This document shows positions 19,968 through 30,721 of a DNA stretch of 64,000 bases, piece after piece. Where the stretch lies: positions 1 to 64,000 of the forward strand of contig JAVJNR010000004.1 of NCBI GenBank assembly GCA_040217195.1, given 5' to 3'. The notes beneath the pieces are model-generated. The model was not told the origin of the DNA, did not search any database, and saw nothing but the letters and a program-made list of their open reading frames with translations. A program made the translations under genes and the position numbers. This DNA is from Leptospiraceae bacterium. Its GTDB lineage: Bacteria; Spirochaetota; Leptospiria; Leptospirales; Leptonemataceae. Position 1 is the first letter of the stretch; each line of letters opens with the position of its first letter.

Positions 19968-20825
19968 TCAGTCAAGGTTTGGTGCGCAAGGCCCCACAGC
20001 CGAGGAAAAACCACAAAATTTTGAGATTTTTTCTTCCTTATCCAAGAGCCATTCCAGCTTGTAGCCAAGACCTGTCTTATTGTCCATATAATCCTTCACC
20101 AACACTCTTGCACCGTCTCGATTTCTCCTACCCCTGTAAGAGTCTACCATTACTACCTCATCCGCTTCAATGGAGTACTCGGTCTCGAGTAGTCTTTTCT
20201 CCCGGTCACTGACAGGGTTGCCTTCTGTCCGTTTACTACCTGTATTAGCGTCGCAAATCTCGTAAAAGCCATGGTCACAGGCCCATTCCTTTCCACGCAA
20301 CCGAGCGTATCGCCGCATATCTTTCTGCGAACCAGGATATACTTCATTCGGACTCACATTTCCAGTATTAAAGCGACCAAAAGAAAACTCTGAATTACCG
20401 TTCACTCTTACTCTGTGTGTTATAGAATGTCCGGTGACAGTCCCTTCGCTGAGAAATACGGCCAAGGTTAACGTCTCGAGAGTAATCTCTTGTCTTGCCA
20501 TCTGTCCTGCCTCGATTCGAAACTTCTTCTCGCTTGTCTTAGCTTCACCGTATATCCATATTTGGTCCACCAGTATTTGCTCGGTTTCGTGCTCCCGCAT
20601 GAATCCTCCGGGAAACGATATTCGCTTTCGGGGACCGGCCGGATATTTCCTGTTAAGGTCACTTGTTGTCGTTTTTCCCGGAATTATTGCAAAACCTGCA
20701 TCAAAGGAAAAATCCCACGCTTTCTCGGGACGCATATGATCCTCATGAAAACCTTCTATGGCGTTTGCACACTGCACGAAGGTCCCCAAACTAATGATTA
20801 AACTGATCCATCGATAAAATCTCAC
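19968..20825 (-). CDS. lipoprotein, immunity-family member 3
   Basis: GTG start VRFYRWISLIISLGTFVQC; YP..P..RISFP...VDQIWIY...LAVFLSEGTV...ITHRV. Confidence 0.7.
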   Translation of the reverse strand: MRFYRWISLIISLGTFVQCANAIEGFHEDHMRPEKAWDFSFDAGFAIIPGKTTTSDLNRKYPAGPRKRISFPGGFMREHETEQILVDQIWIYGEAKTSEKKFRIEAGQMARQEITLETLTLAVFLSEGTVTGHSITHRVRVNGNSEFSFGRFNTGNVSPNEVYPGSQKDMRRYARLRGKEWACDHGFYEICDANTGSKRTEGNPVSDREKRLLETEYSIEADEVVMVDSYRGRRNRDGARVLVKDYMDNKTGLGYKLEWLLDKEEKISKFCGFSSAVGPCAPNLD

Positions 20826-20839
20826 CTTCCAAGCCTCTC

Positions 20840-21250
20840 TGGACCACTCCAATTTTTTCGGACACCTTTCCGGCAACCCTTTGCATTTCAAACTGGTCCG
20901 GGGATATATTCCCCAGGTAGCTATGCTTCCTTCTACGATTACAGAACAGCGCGCAATGGTTAAATATCCGATTACGAGCATCCTTGACGCTCTCGAACGA
21001 TCGGCAGGTCGTTTCCTTTTTCATCCTGCCGAAAAAGGACTCCGCACAAGCACGATCCCACCATGTCCCGTTTCAGCTCATGATCGATAGAAAAGCGTCG
21101 CCTCCCAGGATCTCCCGGAACTCATATTTCGCGTACTGACAACCACTGTCCGAATGAAAGATACAACTGGAATGGATGCCACGCTGAAAAGTAGCCATTT
21201 CAAAGGCAGCAGTAAAGTGCGAAGTCTCCATGTGCCAATTTATCGACCGC
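20840..21250 (-). mobile_element. degenerate partial copy of the IS3 element
   Basis: Right IR TGGACCACTCCAATTTTTTCGGACACC and decayed orfB 3' half, similar to positions 1-410. Confidence 0.9.
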
Positions 21251-21278
21251 CGGATCGCGGAGCGTGCGGGCTAAGACA

Positions 21279-21473
21279 TTACTTCGCTTGTTTGATTTCT
21301 GCCACGATTTCCTCCAGGCTTTTTTTTCCCAGAATCTCGTGACGTTCTTCGGTCCAGTTGCCCTTGTTGATCCCAAGCCCCTGAAGAAATGTAATCATAC
21401 CATCCACTCCGAGCCGTTCTCGAAGCGCAGCCATACCTTCCTGATAAATCTGTTCTTTGGACATTTCACTCAT
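21279..21473 (-). CDS. putative antitoxin downstream of a PIN gene
   Basis: GMAALRERLG...FL...GNWTEERH, typical of small PIN partners. Confidence 0.75.
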   Translation of the reverse strand: MSEMSKEQIYQEGMAALRERLGVDGMITFLQGLGINKGNWTEERHEILGKKSLEEIVAEIKQAK

Positions 21474-21920
21474 GGCTCTAAACCTCCGGCCTGAAACGCG
21501 AGCGGATTCATGGCCTGGAACGGGAAACTGTGACGATTGGCCTTCTTAGTAATTTATAGTCAGTGGTCAGAAAATGTCAACTCTTGCTTTCTCTGCTGAA
21601 GCGAGATGAAGAGCATCGATGGCGGCAATTCCGGACTTGTGCAGCTCTCCACCACGGGCCTCTCCATCAGGATCCAGAGCAATCCATTCCGTGCTCAAGC
21701 CTTCCAGAGAAAGCACTCTGCGCCGGCGCTCCTCGGATGGGTTTTGCAGAATCTCATAACGCAATACCGTGCCAGAGACAAGTAACCAGTGTTGCTCCGA
21801 GATAGCTAACAGGATAGAACGTACAGCCGTGGATTCTGCTCGAACAGTTGGATGACTGGCATCATCAAACGGACGATTCAGGCAACAGCAATCCATGTAT
21901 AACCTCAACCCCTGTTTCAT
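21470..21920 (-). pseudogene. PIN-domain toxin, frameshifted near the C-terminus
   Basis: LYMDCCCLNRPFDD...DALHLASAE; the expected FLTTD continues in another frame after 21567. Confidence 0.8.
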
Positions 21921-22016
21921 GAGGCCGGTCTCGCAATCGGATACAATAAGTCAAACAGGGCTACAATGACCCAATAGGAAAAGCCCTAGCACGATTGTCC
22001 GATGCTCCTGTCCTCT

Positions 22017-22628
22017 TCACTGCCAAATCAAGCCCTTAGACTTGAGATAGTCCAGCCATAGGAATACTTGCCGAGACGGTTCACAGCTTTCCGAGTCGAC
22101 GGGGAGAGTCTCTCTGGATGGTTTCCCAGACTCGTCTGATAAGAAATATTTGGTGCAGACACCGTGGGCGCCGAACCCGAAATAAAAATCATCTTTTGTT
22201 CCCCTTCTATTCTTTCTCGTAGGGTACCTCATATAATTTCTCTTGATGTCTCTTTCTACGAGATCCTTTGAAGCGTGAACCTGGAGTTGCTCAGTCCATT
22301 CTCCTCCCTGGATCAATAAGAGAGAAATGTTGCCCACTGTCCTCTTGTAGAAGCGAAAACTTCCGTAACTAGTGTCAGCAAATAGAAACTTACAGGCCTC
22401 AGCCCCGTGCATTTCCGGTGCTGCCATGTCGGATCGAACCTCAGTCACAGATTCCCAATCATCAAAAAAAACGGACTTAACAGCAGCGCAGGCCATTTCG
22501 CCCTCTATCTCCTCATTGATCTTTAAGGAAATGGAACATGCCCCTAAGATGCTGAGAAAAATCAAACCGACTCCAAATCTCCAACGTATTTCCAGCAATG
22601 ATACCAATCGAACGGGTATGATGGCCAA
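22017..22628 (-). CDS. lipoprotein, putative orphan immunity protein
   Basis: AGAGGAG RBS, LGAC lipobox, downstream of a HINT remnant. Confidence 0.6.
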   Translation of the reverse strand: MAIIPVRLVSLLEIRWRFGVGLIFLSILGACSISLKINEEIEGEMACAAVKSVFFDDWESVTEVRSDMAAPEMHGAEACKFLFADTSYGSFRFYKRTVGNISLLLIQGGEWTEQLQVHASKDLVERDIKRNYMRYPTRKNRRGTKDDFYFGFGAHGVCTKYFLSDESGKPSRETLPVDSESCEPSRQVFLWLDYLKSKGLIWQ

Positions 22629-22737
22629 TTATTCTCTCCTCTATTATGAGTGAATGGGACCTGATACAGCAGAGAATTATCTATGCCACAGGGCTCTAAG
22701 GACGAAACAGCCCGAAGCGCTATGCGGCCCCTTCCCG

Positions 22738-22800
22738 ATATTTATGCTCCAACACATCACTGTTGGTCACAAAGAATGTATGTTCCTTATCCAGGTAGAC
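22738..22800 (-). pseudogene. degenerate HINT C-terminal remnant
   Basis: Translates VYLDKEHTFFVTNSDVLEHK, resembling VYNxxVxxxHTYxVTxxxVxVHN. Confidence 0.55.
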
Positions 22801-22867
22801 GTAACTGTCTGCTGTGCCGGCTGCATCCGAATACCAAATTTCAAACCCCGGCCACCTCTCAGTACAT

Positions 22868-22898
22868 AAAAAAAGGGCAGCGCTATTGCACTGCCCTT
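22868..22898 (-). terminator. intrinsic terminator of the LipL45-like gene
   Basis: AAGGGCAGTGC-AATA-GCGCTGCCCTT followed by a T tract on the minus strand. Confidence 0.85.
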
Positions 22899-22921
22899 CT
22901 CTTCGTTCAGATCGTTAGATC

Positions 22922-24067
22922 TTAAAGGAAGTTTTGAGAAGCAATTTCAGACTTGCTTACTCGACGAACTCCGTTCGCAGTGTGAATCACCAGGACGTTT
23001 CCTGTTTGAGCCACAGTTGCACCGCGGATTTCTTCGCCGTTCTTCAGCACAATTCTTTCCAGTGCCTGGTAGTGCTTACGAATTTCTTCTTCAGACTCCA
23101 GCTTCTGGCTTTCAGCTTCTTCTTCGATTTGCGCCAGGATCTGCTCTTGCTGCTTCTTGCGGATGTCTGCAATTTCGTCTGCAGCTTCCTGGTTTGAACC
23201 AGCTTCCAGTTTCTCCAGCATCTCAGGAGTGGCAGCAGTTAGAGTAGCAGATTCCATACGGTCTTTTACAGTAACTTCAGCCTCTTCTTTGATCATGGCG
23301 TTATCTTCGCCAGCGGAGCTGGAGATGTCATCAGCCTGCTCTTCAGCTATCTTCAGAGCTTCAGTGGAATCACCTTGCTCATTGGAAGCATTGTTTAGCA
23401 GTGCTACTTTTTTCTCCAATTCCGGATCCATGGATCCTCGGCTTGCATCGTCCAGGATAATCTCTTTACCCTGAAGCTCTGCCAGTTTCTTCAGTTTTGG
23501 GCTCTTATCAATATCTGCTTGAGATACATTTTCGAGAGCTACGATTCGAGGCTTCATGGCCACCTTTCCGTCCAGAACACGAACAGAAGAGTTGGACACT
23601 CGGTTATCATCGAATCCTTCGAAGACCTGAACTTCAAATGTGGTTCCTCGAACACCCGCAATTGCGGTTGGTGTTACTACATTGAACTCTTGATCTGAAG
23701 ATGCTTTCTTAACATTAGCCAGAATTTGCCCATGCTTCATTTCGATTCGAGTTTCCCCTTTAGTTCCCATTAGACTGGAAACGGAAAGAGTAGTCATCTC
23801 ACGAACTCGCACAGCGCTACCATCTCGGCTTTGCAGGTCGACGGTACCCTGAGTAGTCTTGATTACATCATTTTCCTTAACGACGGTTCCTACTTTCGCA
23901 GGAATCGACTCACCATTCCGGACAATACTCGCATCCCCGGAAGCAAACACGATCACCATAGAGCGAGATGCTTCCTTGTTCGCCTGTCCCTTACAAGAAA
24001 TTGTAATGAGGAACAGGGAGGCAGCGAGCAATCCGGCTGTTTTCAAAATTGCACCATGCTTTTTCAT
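22922..24067 (-). CDS. LipL45-like FecR-domain lipoprotein
   Basis: TISC lipobox, FNVVTPTAIAGVRGTTF FecR motif, C-terminal LERIVLKNG domain. Confidence 0.85.
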   Translation of the reverse strand: MKKHGAILKTAGLLAASLFLITISCKGQANKEASRSMVIVFASGDASIVRNGESIPAKVGTVVKENDVIKTTQGTVDLQSRDGSAVRVREMTTLSVSSLMGTKGETRIEMKHGQILANVKKASSDQEFNVVTPTAIAGVRGTTFEVQVFEGFDDNRVSNSSVRVLDGKVAMKPRIVALENVSQADIDKSPKLKKLAELQGKEIILDDASRGSMDPELEKKVALLNNASNEQGDSTEALKIAEEQADDISSSAGEDNAMIKEEAEVTVKDRMESATLTAATPEMLEKLEAGSNQEAADEIADIRKKQQEQILAQIEEEAESQKLESEEEIRKHYQALERIVLKNGEEIRGATVAQTGNVLVIHTANGVRRVSKSEIASQNFL

Positions 24068-24179
24068 CAGCCTTCTCCTAAATTCTTTGTTACCGGTGCC
24101 CAAGCATCCGGCCCTTTCACCTTATAAACAAGTGCGCGGCAAATATTTGCATTTTGTCCGCATTCTCTGAAAAAATCCA

Positions 24180-25196
24180 TCAATTTTCGTACACAATTTC
24201 CTGAACATTATCCCTTCGAACTACCACTACTCCGGACGTAGTGTGCAACATTAGACGGTCTCCCTGCTGGGCGGCCACCACTCCCTGTAAAATTCGGCCA
24301 TCTTTCAGGATGATTTTCTCCAGTGATTGACCGTACATCTCAGAGATTTGCTTCTCTTCTCGAACTTTGTCCAGTCGCTTCATCTCGGGGATCCACTTCC
24401 TGGCCAATAAGTCAGTACTATTTCTTAGGCTTTCCGCCTCGGATTCCGTATTCGCAGGCGCGGCCTGAGGCTCAATCTCCAGAGGGGAATCCAGGCCTTT
24501 TCGTGCCATATTTTGAGCAGGAATGGGGGTTTCGGCCATTTTCAGTGTGCCCTGCTCCAGGTAGAGTTCTGATTTCTGTTCATCCACAGTAAGACGAAAA
24601 ACAGTTCCTGTCACCAGAACATTTGTATGCGGAGTCTGGATCTCAAGCGTTGCATTTTCGCTGCTCGAATCATCCTTCTTGCGAACTTCAGCCAGAACCG
24701 TTCCTTTTTCCTGTCTTAGCTTTAATTGCCCCATAGATTCTTTGATCTCAATTACGCTTTCAGGATAGATTCTAATAATTACGCCATTGGATGCCATAAG
24801 ATCCAGGGATTCATTGCCCGTTCGAATGATCTGTCCTGAATTTAGTACACCCAGGTTCCAGTGCTGAGCCACTTCTTTGCTGGATTCTACAGAAACACCG
24901 GTTCCGGTAGCTGCGCCGTATAATTCAATTGGAGTGGAACCCTGAACACTTAGATAGGGATATACGAAATAGAGACCGGCTGCCAGCAAGATGGCTGCTG
25001 CCGCTGAAAGGAATGCTCGACTACCAGGAAAGGATAAGATTTTCCCTCCCTGGCCCTCGTCGCGGTAAACCGCCGAGGGTTCCTGCTCCAGCCATGCTGG
25101 ATCAAATGCGGGAACTTCCAGCCGCGGTGGATACTTCAATTGCTTCAGAATTGCATCCGGCAATTGCTCCATTCTATTTTCCCGATCGTTTTTCAT
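24180..25196 (-). CDS. FecR-domain membrane protein (anti-sigma-like)
   Basis: Single TM segment, IQTPHTNVLVTGTVF, directly downstream of an ECF sigma. Confidence 0.8.
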   Translation of the reverse strand: MKNDRENRMEQLPDAILKQLKYPPRLEVPAFDPAWLEQEPSAVYRDEGQGGKILSFPGSRAFLSAAAAILLAAGLYFVYPYLSVQGSTPIELYGAATGTGVSVESSKEVAQHWNLGVLNSGQIIRTGNESLDLMASNGVIIRIYPESVIEIKESMGQLKLRQEKGTVLAEVRKKDDSSSENATLEIQTPHTNVLVTGTVFRLTVDEQKSELYLEQGTLKMAETPIPAQNMARKGLDSPLEIEPQAAPANTESEAESLRNSTDLLARKWIPEMKRLDKVREEKQISEMYGQSLEKIILKDGRILQGVVAAQQGDRLMLHTTSGVVVVRRDNVQEIVYEN

Positions 25197-25302
25197 GAAC
25201 TTCTGGAAGCCCTTACCTATCTAACAACGGCCCTATTATTTTTCCCGATTTTTTGCTCGGTACCGGTCAGGATTGTTAACCTGGTCTTCATCATTCTTCC
25301 CA

Positions 25303-25860
25303 TCAATCTTCAAGAAAGCTAATCTTGAACTCCTCTTTCTTGCTTAACTCTGCCAGACGCTTTTGCGCCTTTTGTATGGTTCTGGAAACGGTGGATACGG
25401 ATGTCTTGAGCACCTCTGCAATATCTTCCAGCCGCATGTCTTCTTGAAATCTTAATAGCACTGCAGTACGGCTGCGCTCATCCAGTTGCTCCAGCATCTG
25501 CTGAATCAAATCTTCAGCATGCTTCACATCTTCTTTTCTGAAATATTCCGAGTCCGGTTGCTCGGATGCAGACGGCTCGGTGGAATCGGTATACTCGGCA
25601 ACCAGGTTCACTCGCTGCCGATACCCACTCTTACTGTGGTTAATCATTAGATTTCGGGCTACACGGAACAGATACATCCGGCATCCAGTATCATCTGGCA
25701 GGGCCTTTTCTTTATAAATACGGAAGAAATTCAGGAAGGTGTCCTGTAGCAGGTCCCGGGCGGTGGCCTCTTCACGCACAGATCTAAGAAGATAGGTCAG
25801 AATATCTCTGGCATTCTCTTCGTAGATCCTCTCAAACCTTTCTGGAGGATTTACACTCAT
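25303..25860 (-). CDS. ECF RNA polymerase sigma factor
   Basis: ARDLLQDTF, YLFRVARN (region 2) and LEDIAEVLKTSVSTV (region 4). Confidence 0.92.
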   Translation of the reverse strand: MSVNPPERFERIYEENARDILTYLLRSVREEATARDLLQDTFLNFFRIYKEKALPDDTGCRMYLFRVARNLMINHSKSGYRQRVNLVAEYTDSTEPSASEQPDSEYFRKEDVKHAEDLIQQMLEQLDERSRTAVLLRFQEDMRLEDIAEVLKTSVSTVSRTIQKAQKRLAELSKKEEFKISFLED

Positions 25861-27274
25861 GGAACTATTGGAATCGCCGGTACAAAAAGTTTCTAACGAA
25901 CCCCTGACCTATATGTTGTCGGGGAGAGACCTCAGGAGTTCAATCATTTTAATTCCGCTGGTACTATTGGGGTCCAATAACCTTTCAGCAAAACCGGTAA
26001 TTAAGGCTCTGGGTACCCTTTCGTCGGGTGCAACGAACAAGGTCCGTTCCGGACTCAATATTAGAAGCAGATCCGTGCAGCTCATTCTAGATCCAAACCA
26101 GTATCCGGCATCCGGTAGAATAGACTCTCCCTGGTTGAAGTTCATGGCAGGCCTGAGATACAGGCCCGGACCACCATCCGCATTTTTTCTGGAGCCAGAA
26201 GGGATATCCTACATTTCCGATATTCCCCATAGAACGTCCCGACCGCTGGCTTTCCTGTCTTTTCCTGTGCTGTCCGGAGGCACAGGCTCTGTAGGTCTTG
26301 GAGCTATTTCTGGAGAACCGGGACCGGGGCTCTTGCTCCATACAGAAAACTCTGTTCTGTTCTGGCATCCAGGGTCTTCGCTGGGCTTTGGAGCTCTTAA
26401 CCTGGCACTTAGCGATAAGTCCGTTTCGCAGCGCCTTTATGCATCGCTGTACAGAGATGCTTCGGGTACCGGAGGATATGGTTCCTATCGTATTGGCGGC
26501 CAATTACACACTCAATTCCAGCTATTAATTCAAGGATTCAGGTATCCTTCCCGGGATTTAGATCCTGAATCGAAAGAACCGTTTTTCCATCGAAAGGGGC
26601 GCTCCGGTGCAGGTTCTGTACAGCTTCATCTACCTAACCTGGAACTCATCGCAGCCGGAGAAGATGTGGGCCTGGACCAGTATCGATTGGGGCGAATCCG
26701 GATTATTTCGCCTCAGTGGATGGGCCTGCATGCTTTGTTTCAGGGACAGACCCTGCGCACCTATCGCTATAACAGCGATCAGGGATATAGATATTACCGA
26801 AGTGCAGGACTGGGACTTCGCCTGGGCCATCGACACCTGTCCGGGGAGGATCGATACTCCCTGGATCCGGTTTACTGGGCACAAATTGTTTTCAGCTCCG
26901 ACTCAGAGAGCCTGGCCGGAGAAATCAGCTTTGTGTACAGGCAGGGCCAATTCTATCTGGAAACCGGATTTAGAATGTCGCATGATGCGGCTCCAGTTGT
27001 GGCCTGGGAACAACAGTGGATGCAGAATCCAGCCATCCGGTTCCGCCAATTACTCAAGCAGAGCTTTCGCATGGAACTTGGCTCCAGAAACTTCTATTTG
27101 AGGTATTCCTACTCTGAAATGAAAGGCCGGGGCGAAATGGCGGCCTTTAATAGTCATTTCTTGAAATTACAGGGAACCTGGTGCTTGCAGAACTGTCGTC
27201 AGGCTCCCCAGGCTAAAGAGAACCTACACTCGGAATTCCTGAATCAAATGAAGGATAAAAGTTACCAGTCCTGA
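25859..27274 (+). CDS. hypothetical exported protein (start uncertain)
   Basis: 471-aa ORF with a signal-like segment and beta-strand-like alternation. Confidence 0.6.
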   Translation: MELLESPVQKVSNEPLTYMLSGRDLRSSIILIPLVLLGSNNLSAKPVIKALGTLSSGATNKVRSGLNIRSRSVQLILDPNQYPASGRIDSPWLKFMAGLRYRPGPPSAFFLEPEGISYISDIPHRTSRPLAFLSFPVLSGGTGSVGLGAISGEPGPGLLLHTENSVLFWHPGSSLGFGALNLALSDKSVSQRLYASLYRDASGTGGYGSYRIGGQLHTQFQLLIQGFRYPSRDLDPESKEPFFHRKGRSGAGSVQLHLPNLELIAAGEDVGLDQYRLGRIRIISPQWMGLHALFQGQTLRTYRYNSDQGYRYYRSAGLGLRLGHRHLSGEDRYSLDPVYWAQIVFSSDSESLAGEISFVYRQGQFYLETGFRMSHDAAPVVAWEQQWMQNPAIRFRQLLKQSFRMELGSRNFYLRYSYSEMKGRGEMAAFNSHFLKLQGTWCLQNCRQAPQAKENLHSEFLNQMKDKSYQS

Positions 27275-27988
27275 TACGATGTAAATGACCATGATGGCAA
27301 ACAACCCTGCAGCCGAAAAATCTCCGCCGTATCGAATACCCAGAAAAATCAAAACGCCAATCAGGAATACGGCTACCAGCCCCAGGCGGACTGGTGAGAA
27401 GCGGCGAACCATAGTAACTTGAACCTTGGAATACTTAAGTGTGGAAACCATCAAATAAGCGCAGGCAACATAAATACCAATCAGTATGGGTGCCGGAATA
27501 AGCAGAGTCTCCTGAAAAGCAAGAGGCATCAATGCGATAATCAATCCAGCAACCGGTGAAGGAAGCCCTACAAAGTGATCATCATCGTGATCCACATTGA
27601 ATCTTGCCAGACGAAATGCAGCGCAGGCAGGATAGATGGCGGCCAGAATCATTCCTGCAGGCAAGGAAATTCGATCCGTTAAAGGTAGCATCAAATCATG
27701 CATGGAAAGAGAATACATCAATGCAGCAGGCGCGATTCCGAAGGTAGTGAGATCAGCCAGGCTATCCAGCTGAGCGCCTACGTCCGAGCTTGCATTGAGC
27801 AATCTGGCCGCAAACCCATCCATTCCATCGCATAGAACGGCAAGAATGATAAGTCCGCCGGCTACCCGAATAAGATCGGGATTACCCACGTTCTGTAATG
27901 AGATCAGAATACTGAAAAAACCAAGCCAGAGATTACCCAGGGTGAACAGGTTCGGAACCCATCCAAGTCGGTTTGTAAGAAAACCCAT
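27224..27988 (-). CDS. pssA: CDP-diacylglycerol--serine O-phosphatidyltransferase
   Basis: DGMDGFAAR...GAQLDSLAD, RLARFN, FVGLPSP. Confidence 0.92.
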   Translation of the reverse strand: MGFLTNRLGWVPNLFTLGNLWLGFFSILISLQNVGNPDLIRVAGGLIILAVLCDGMDGFAARLLNASSDVGAQLDSLADLTTFGIAPAALMYSLSMHDLMLPLTDRISLPAGMILAAIYPACAAFRLARFNVDHDDDHFVGLPSPVAGLIIALMPLAFQETLLIPAPILIGIYVACAYLMVSTLKYSKVQVTMVRRFSPVRLGLVAVFLIGVLIFLGIRYGGDFSAAGLFAIMVIYIVSGLVTFILHLIQEFRV

Positions 27989-28155
27989 AGAGAGGGAGAA
28001 ATACCCGGTTTAGCATGCGGTAAACCAATTTTTATAGGCCCGATTTTCACTGCAATGCCGCAGAAGAGTTAAAATATTAGGAAGGCTCAGAACATGGGCA
28101 CTGGTCGGGCAAGTAAACGGTTCGACAGATTGGTTCGACAGTTCGATTCACTGAG

Positions 28156-29181
28156 CTACCGTCGGCTGGAGACGGGAAAATCCAGACCGCTACGTACACC
28201 GGCCTGGAACAATCGGAATCCCAGAGCTCCTACCATTGCAGCGTTGTCCGTGCATAGCTTTCGATCCTCGGGATAGTGTAGTTGCAAATCTTTTTCTCTG
28301 GCAATGGAGTTCAGTACCGTTCGCAGCGAACCACTGGCCAGCACTCCGCCGGAAGCGACAATGGTCTTTAATCCGGTATGATCGATGGCTCTCAGTAACA
28401 TTCGTCTTACCAGTTCAAAGGAGGTTCTTTGAAAATCGAAACAGATCCTGCCTGTATCTTCTTCCTTTCTGGCTGCCTGGAGAACCGCTGTCTTTATTCC
28501 AGAGTAGGAAAATGCAATACGATCGCCTGGCAAATCTTTAAGTAGTCTTGGAAACATGGACGGTGCATCATATGCATCTGGATTCTCCGATTCATATCTC
28601 AGGGCCTCTTTCTCTACGTATGGGCCCCCCGGATAAGGAAGGCTCAGAACCGAAGCTGCTTTATCAAAGGCTTCTCCCAGAGCATCGTCCATAGTGGTAC
28701 CCAGAAGCTCCATTTCCTGAGGTCCATTGATCTGGAATATGGCCGAATTACCCCCGGAAAGCAAAAGTCCCAGGAATGGATACTGTGGATTCTTATCTTC
28801 CAGAAATACGGCGTACATATGAGCTTCAATATGATCTACAGTGATCAGTGGTGTTCCATGAACCAGATTCAGGCATCGGGCCATTTGACCGCCAATCATC
28901 AACGATCCAGTGAGTCCCGGGCGAGACGTAACAGCACAGTAATCCAGTTCTGCAGCCGAGATACCGGCTACCTCCAGCGCTTTTTCGAATACCGGATTGA
29001 TCTTCAATAAATGTGAGCGACTGGCAATTTCAGGCACCACTCCGTGGAATGGAGCATGCTCCTGGATTTGAGAATAGATTTCGTTGGATAGAATTCGGTT
29101 TCCGTTCTCGATTACAGCCACCGAAGTTTCATCGCAGGAAGTTTCAATTCCCAGACCGACTACTCTGCTGCACTGTTCCAT
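28156..29181 (-). CDS. tsaD: tRNA N6-adenosine threonylcarbamoyltransferase
   Basis: GIETSCDETS, GVVPEIASRSH, HIEAH, DDALGEAFDK, TDNAAMV. Confidence 0.96.
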   Translation of the reverse strand: MEQCSRVVGLGIETSCDETSVAVIENGNRILSNEIYSQIQEHAPFHGVVPEIASRSHLLKINPVFEKALEVAGISAAELDYCAVTSRPGLTGSLMIGGQMARCLNLVHGTPLITVDHIEAHMYAVFLEDKNPQYPFLGLLLSGGNSAIFQINGPQEMELLGTTMDDALGEAFDKAASVLSLPYPGGPYVEKEALRYESENPDAYDAPSMFPRLLKDLPGDRIAFSYSGIKTAVLQAARKEEDTGRICFDFQRTSFELVRRMLLRAIDHTGLKTIVASGGVLASGSLRTVLNSIAREKDLQLHYPEDRKLCTDNAAMVGALGFRLFQAGVRSGLDFPVSSRR

Positions 29182-29212
29182 ACTTCGAAATTGCAGAAAA
29201 CCCTGAACCGGC

Positions 29213-30577
29213 CTACTTTCTGGCTTCGATCCAGTTCATAGCCCGATCCAGCTGAAAGTCCAGCTCTCGCTCAGGAAAGGGTGATGCAGGATACTGAGAT
29301 CGTAAAAGTGTAAGAGCGGCTTTTTCGCTCAGCGGATATCCTTTAGACTGAACAAGCTTACGGAATTTTTGTACCGCCGCTGAATTAAAATGAGAATTGC
29401 TTTTCACAAATTGCTCAAGAATTCCTGCACTGCGAATCTTATGTGCATGATATCTGTCTTCCATCGTAGGGTCCCAGCTGGGGACTGGAATGTCAGGCTT
29501 CAAACCGACTCCATGTATGGATCGGTTGGCAGGAGTGAAATATTTCTGAGTTGTGATCAATGCCGCCGTATTACCCGGTAATGGGCGAAAAATATTCTGC
29601 ACCGATCCTTTACCAAAACTGGTTTCGCCCAGTAGAACAGCCCGCTTATGATCCTGAAGTGCTCCGGCCAGGATTTCAGAAGCGCTGGCACTGCCCTCGT
29701 TTATAAGAACCACCACCGGAATACCTTCTGACAGTCTTGTATCCAGCTTCCTGGATAGAAATACATTATCCTGATCTTCGTTGCGGCCCGAAGCTTTGAC
29801 CACAACCTTATCTGCAGGTAAAAACATGCTGGCCAGGGTCACTGCCATTTCAAGATGCCCTCCACTGTTGTTACGAAGATCCAGTACAACTCCTTTTACT
29901 TTCTTCTCATCAAAAGTCTGCACCCAGTTGCGAAAGGTTTCCACGGTGCCAGTGTCTTCACCAAAGAACTGAGAAAGACGAATGTAGCCAATGTTTCCAG
30001 GAAGAATCTTTCCGCGGCAGTAATCCACTTCCACAATTTGACGGGTAATGGAAAACTCCAGAGGTTCCAGCATATCTTCGCGAATAACCTTTAGTTGCAC
30101 CACACTTCCCGTTTCGCCGGTCATGATTCGCAGAATTTCAGCAAACTCTTTGCGTTCGGTGCTTACACCATCGATTTCGATGATCCTGTCTCCGGGCTGA
30201 ATACCGGCCCGGGCTGCCGGACTGCCATCCATGGGTGCTATTACGCAGGGCACATTCTGGCACATAGTTACTTCTACACCAATTCCAACAAGAGCGCCGC
30301 CTTCGGATCGAGAGAAATCCGAATTCTCTTGCGGATCCAAAAAGCGAGTGTAAGGATCTCCAGTGGCAGCAAGCATACCTCGAATGGCGCCCAGCAATAG
30401 GGTCTCTTCATCTACATCTTCTACGTAGTTCTCTTTAATGCTCTGTAGAAGGATTTCCAGAGTCATGCGATAACGATCGCTCAATGCAGGCTTCTCTGAA
30501 TAAAGGGGCTGCAGTAAATATCCAGATAGCAGAATTAGAACAGTACCCATCCAGAAGAATCGCTCATTCTTCTTCAT
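29213..30577 (-). CDS. ctpA: S41 carboxyl-terminal processing protease (PDZ)
   Basis: LDLRNNSGG, SASASEILAGALQD, SFGKGSVQ. Confidence 0.93.
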   Translation of the reverse strand: MKKNERFFWMGTVLILLSGYLLQPLYSEKPALSDRYRMTLEILLQSIKENYVEDVDEETLLLGAIRGMLAATGDPYTRFLDPQENSDFSRSEGGALVGIGVEVTMCQNVPCVIAPMDGSPAARAGIQPGDRIIEIDGVSTERKEFAEILRIMTGETGSVVQLKVIREDMLEPLEFSITRQIVEVDYCRGKILPGNIGYIRLSQFFGEDTGTVETFRNWVQTFDEKKVKGVVLDLRNNSGGHLEMAVTLASMFLPADKVVVKASGRNEDQDNVFLSRKLDTRLSEGIPVVVLINEGSASASEILAGALQDHKRAVLLGETSFGKGSVQNIFRPLPGNTAALITTQKYFTPANRSIHGVGLKPDIPVPSWDPTMEDRYHAHKIRSAGILEQFVKSNSHFNSAAVQKFRKLVQSKGYPLSEKAALTLLRSQYPASPFPERELDFQLDRAMNWIEARK

Positions 30578-30721
30578 GAATGAATCCTTCCGGGCGCCGT
30601 TTTCCTTTTGATCGGTACTATTGAACATTGCTATCTCCTGAACATTCCTGAAATTGGGCAGCTACCTGACCCGAATCGTGTACTATTTGGACTTCAATCC
30701 CTTTGCGGGCCATTGAGCGGA

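Noticed and set aside
20826..20981. N-terminal extension of the 337-aa ORF
   Set aside because: It is read from the IS3 remnant; the lipoprotein-like start is the GTG at 20825.
28119..28147. GGTTCGACAG short direct repeats as island sites or a tRNA fragment
   Set aside because: There is no matching CGAAC arm at the right distance and no cloverleaf.
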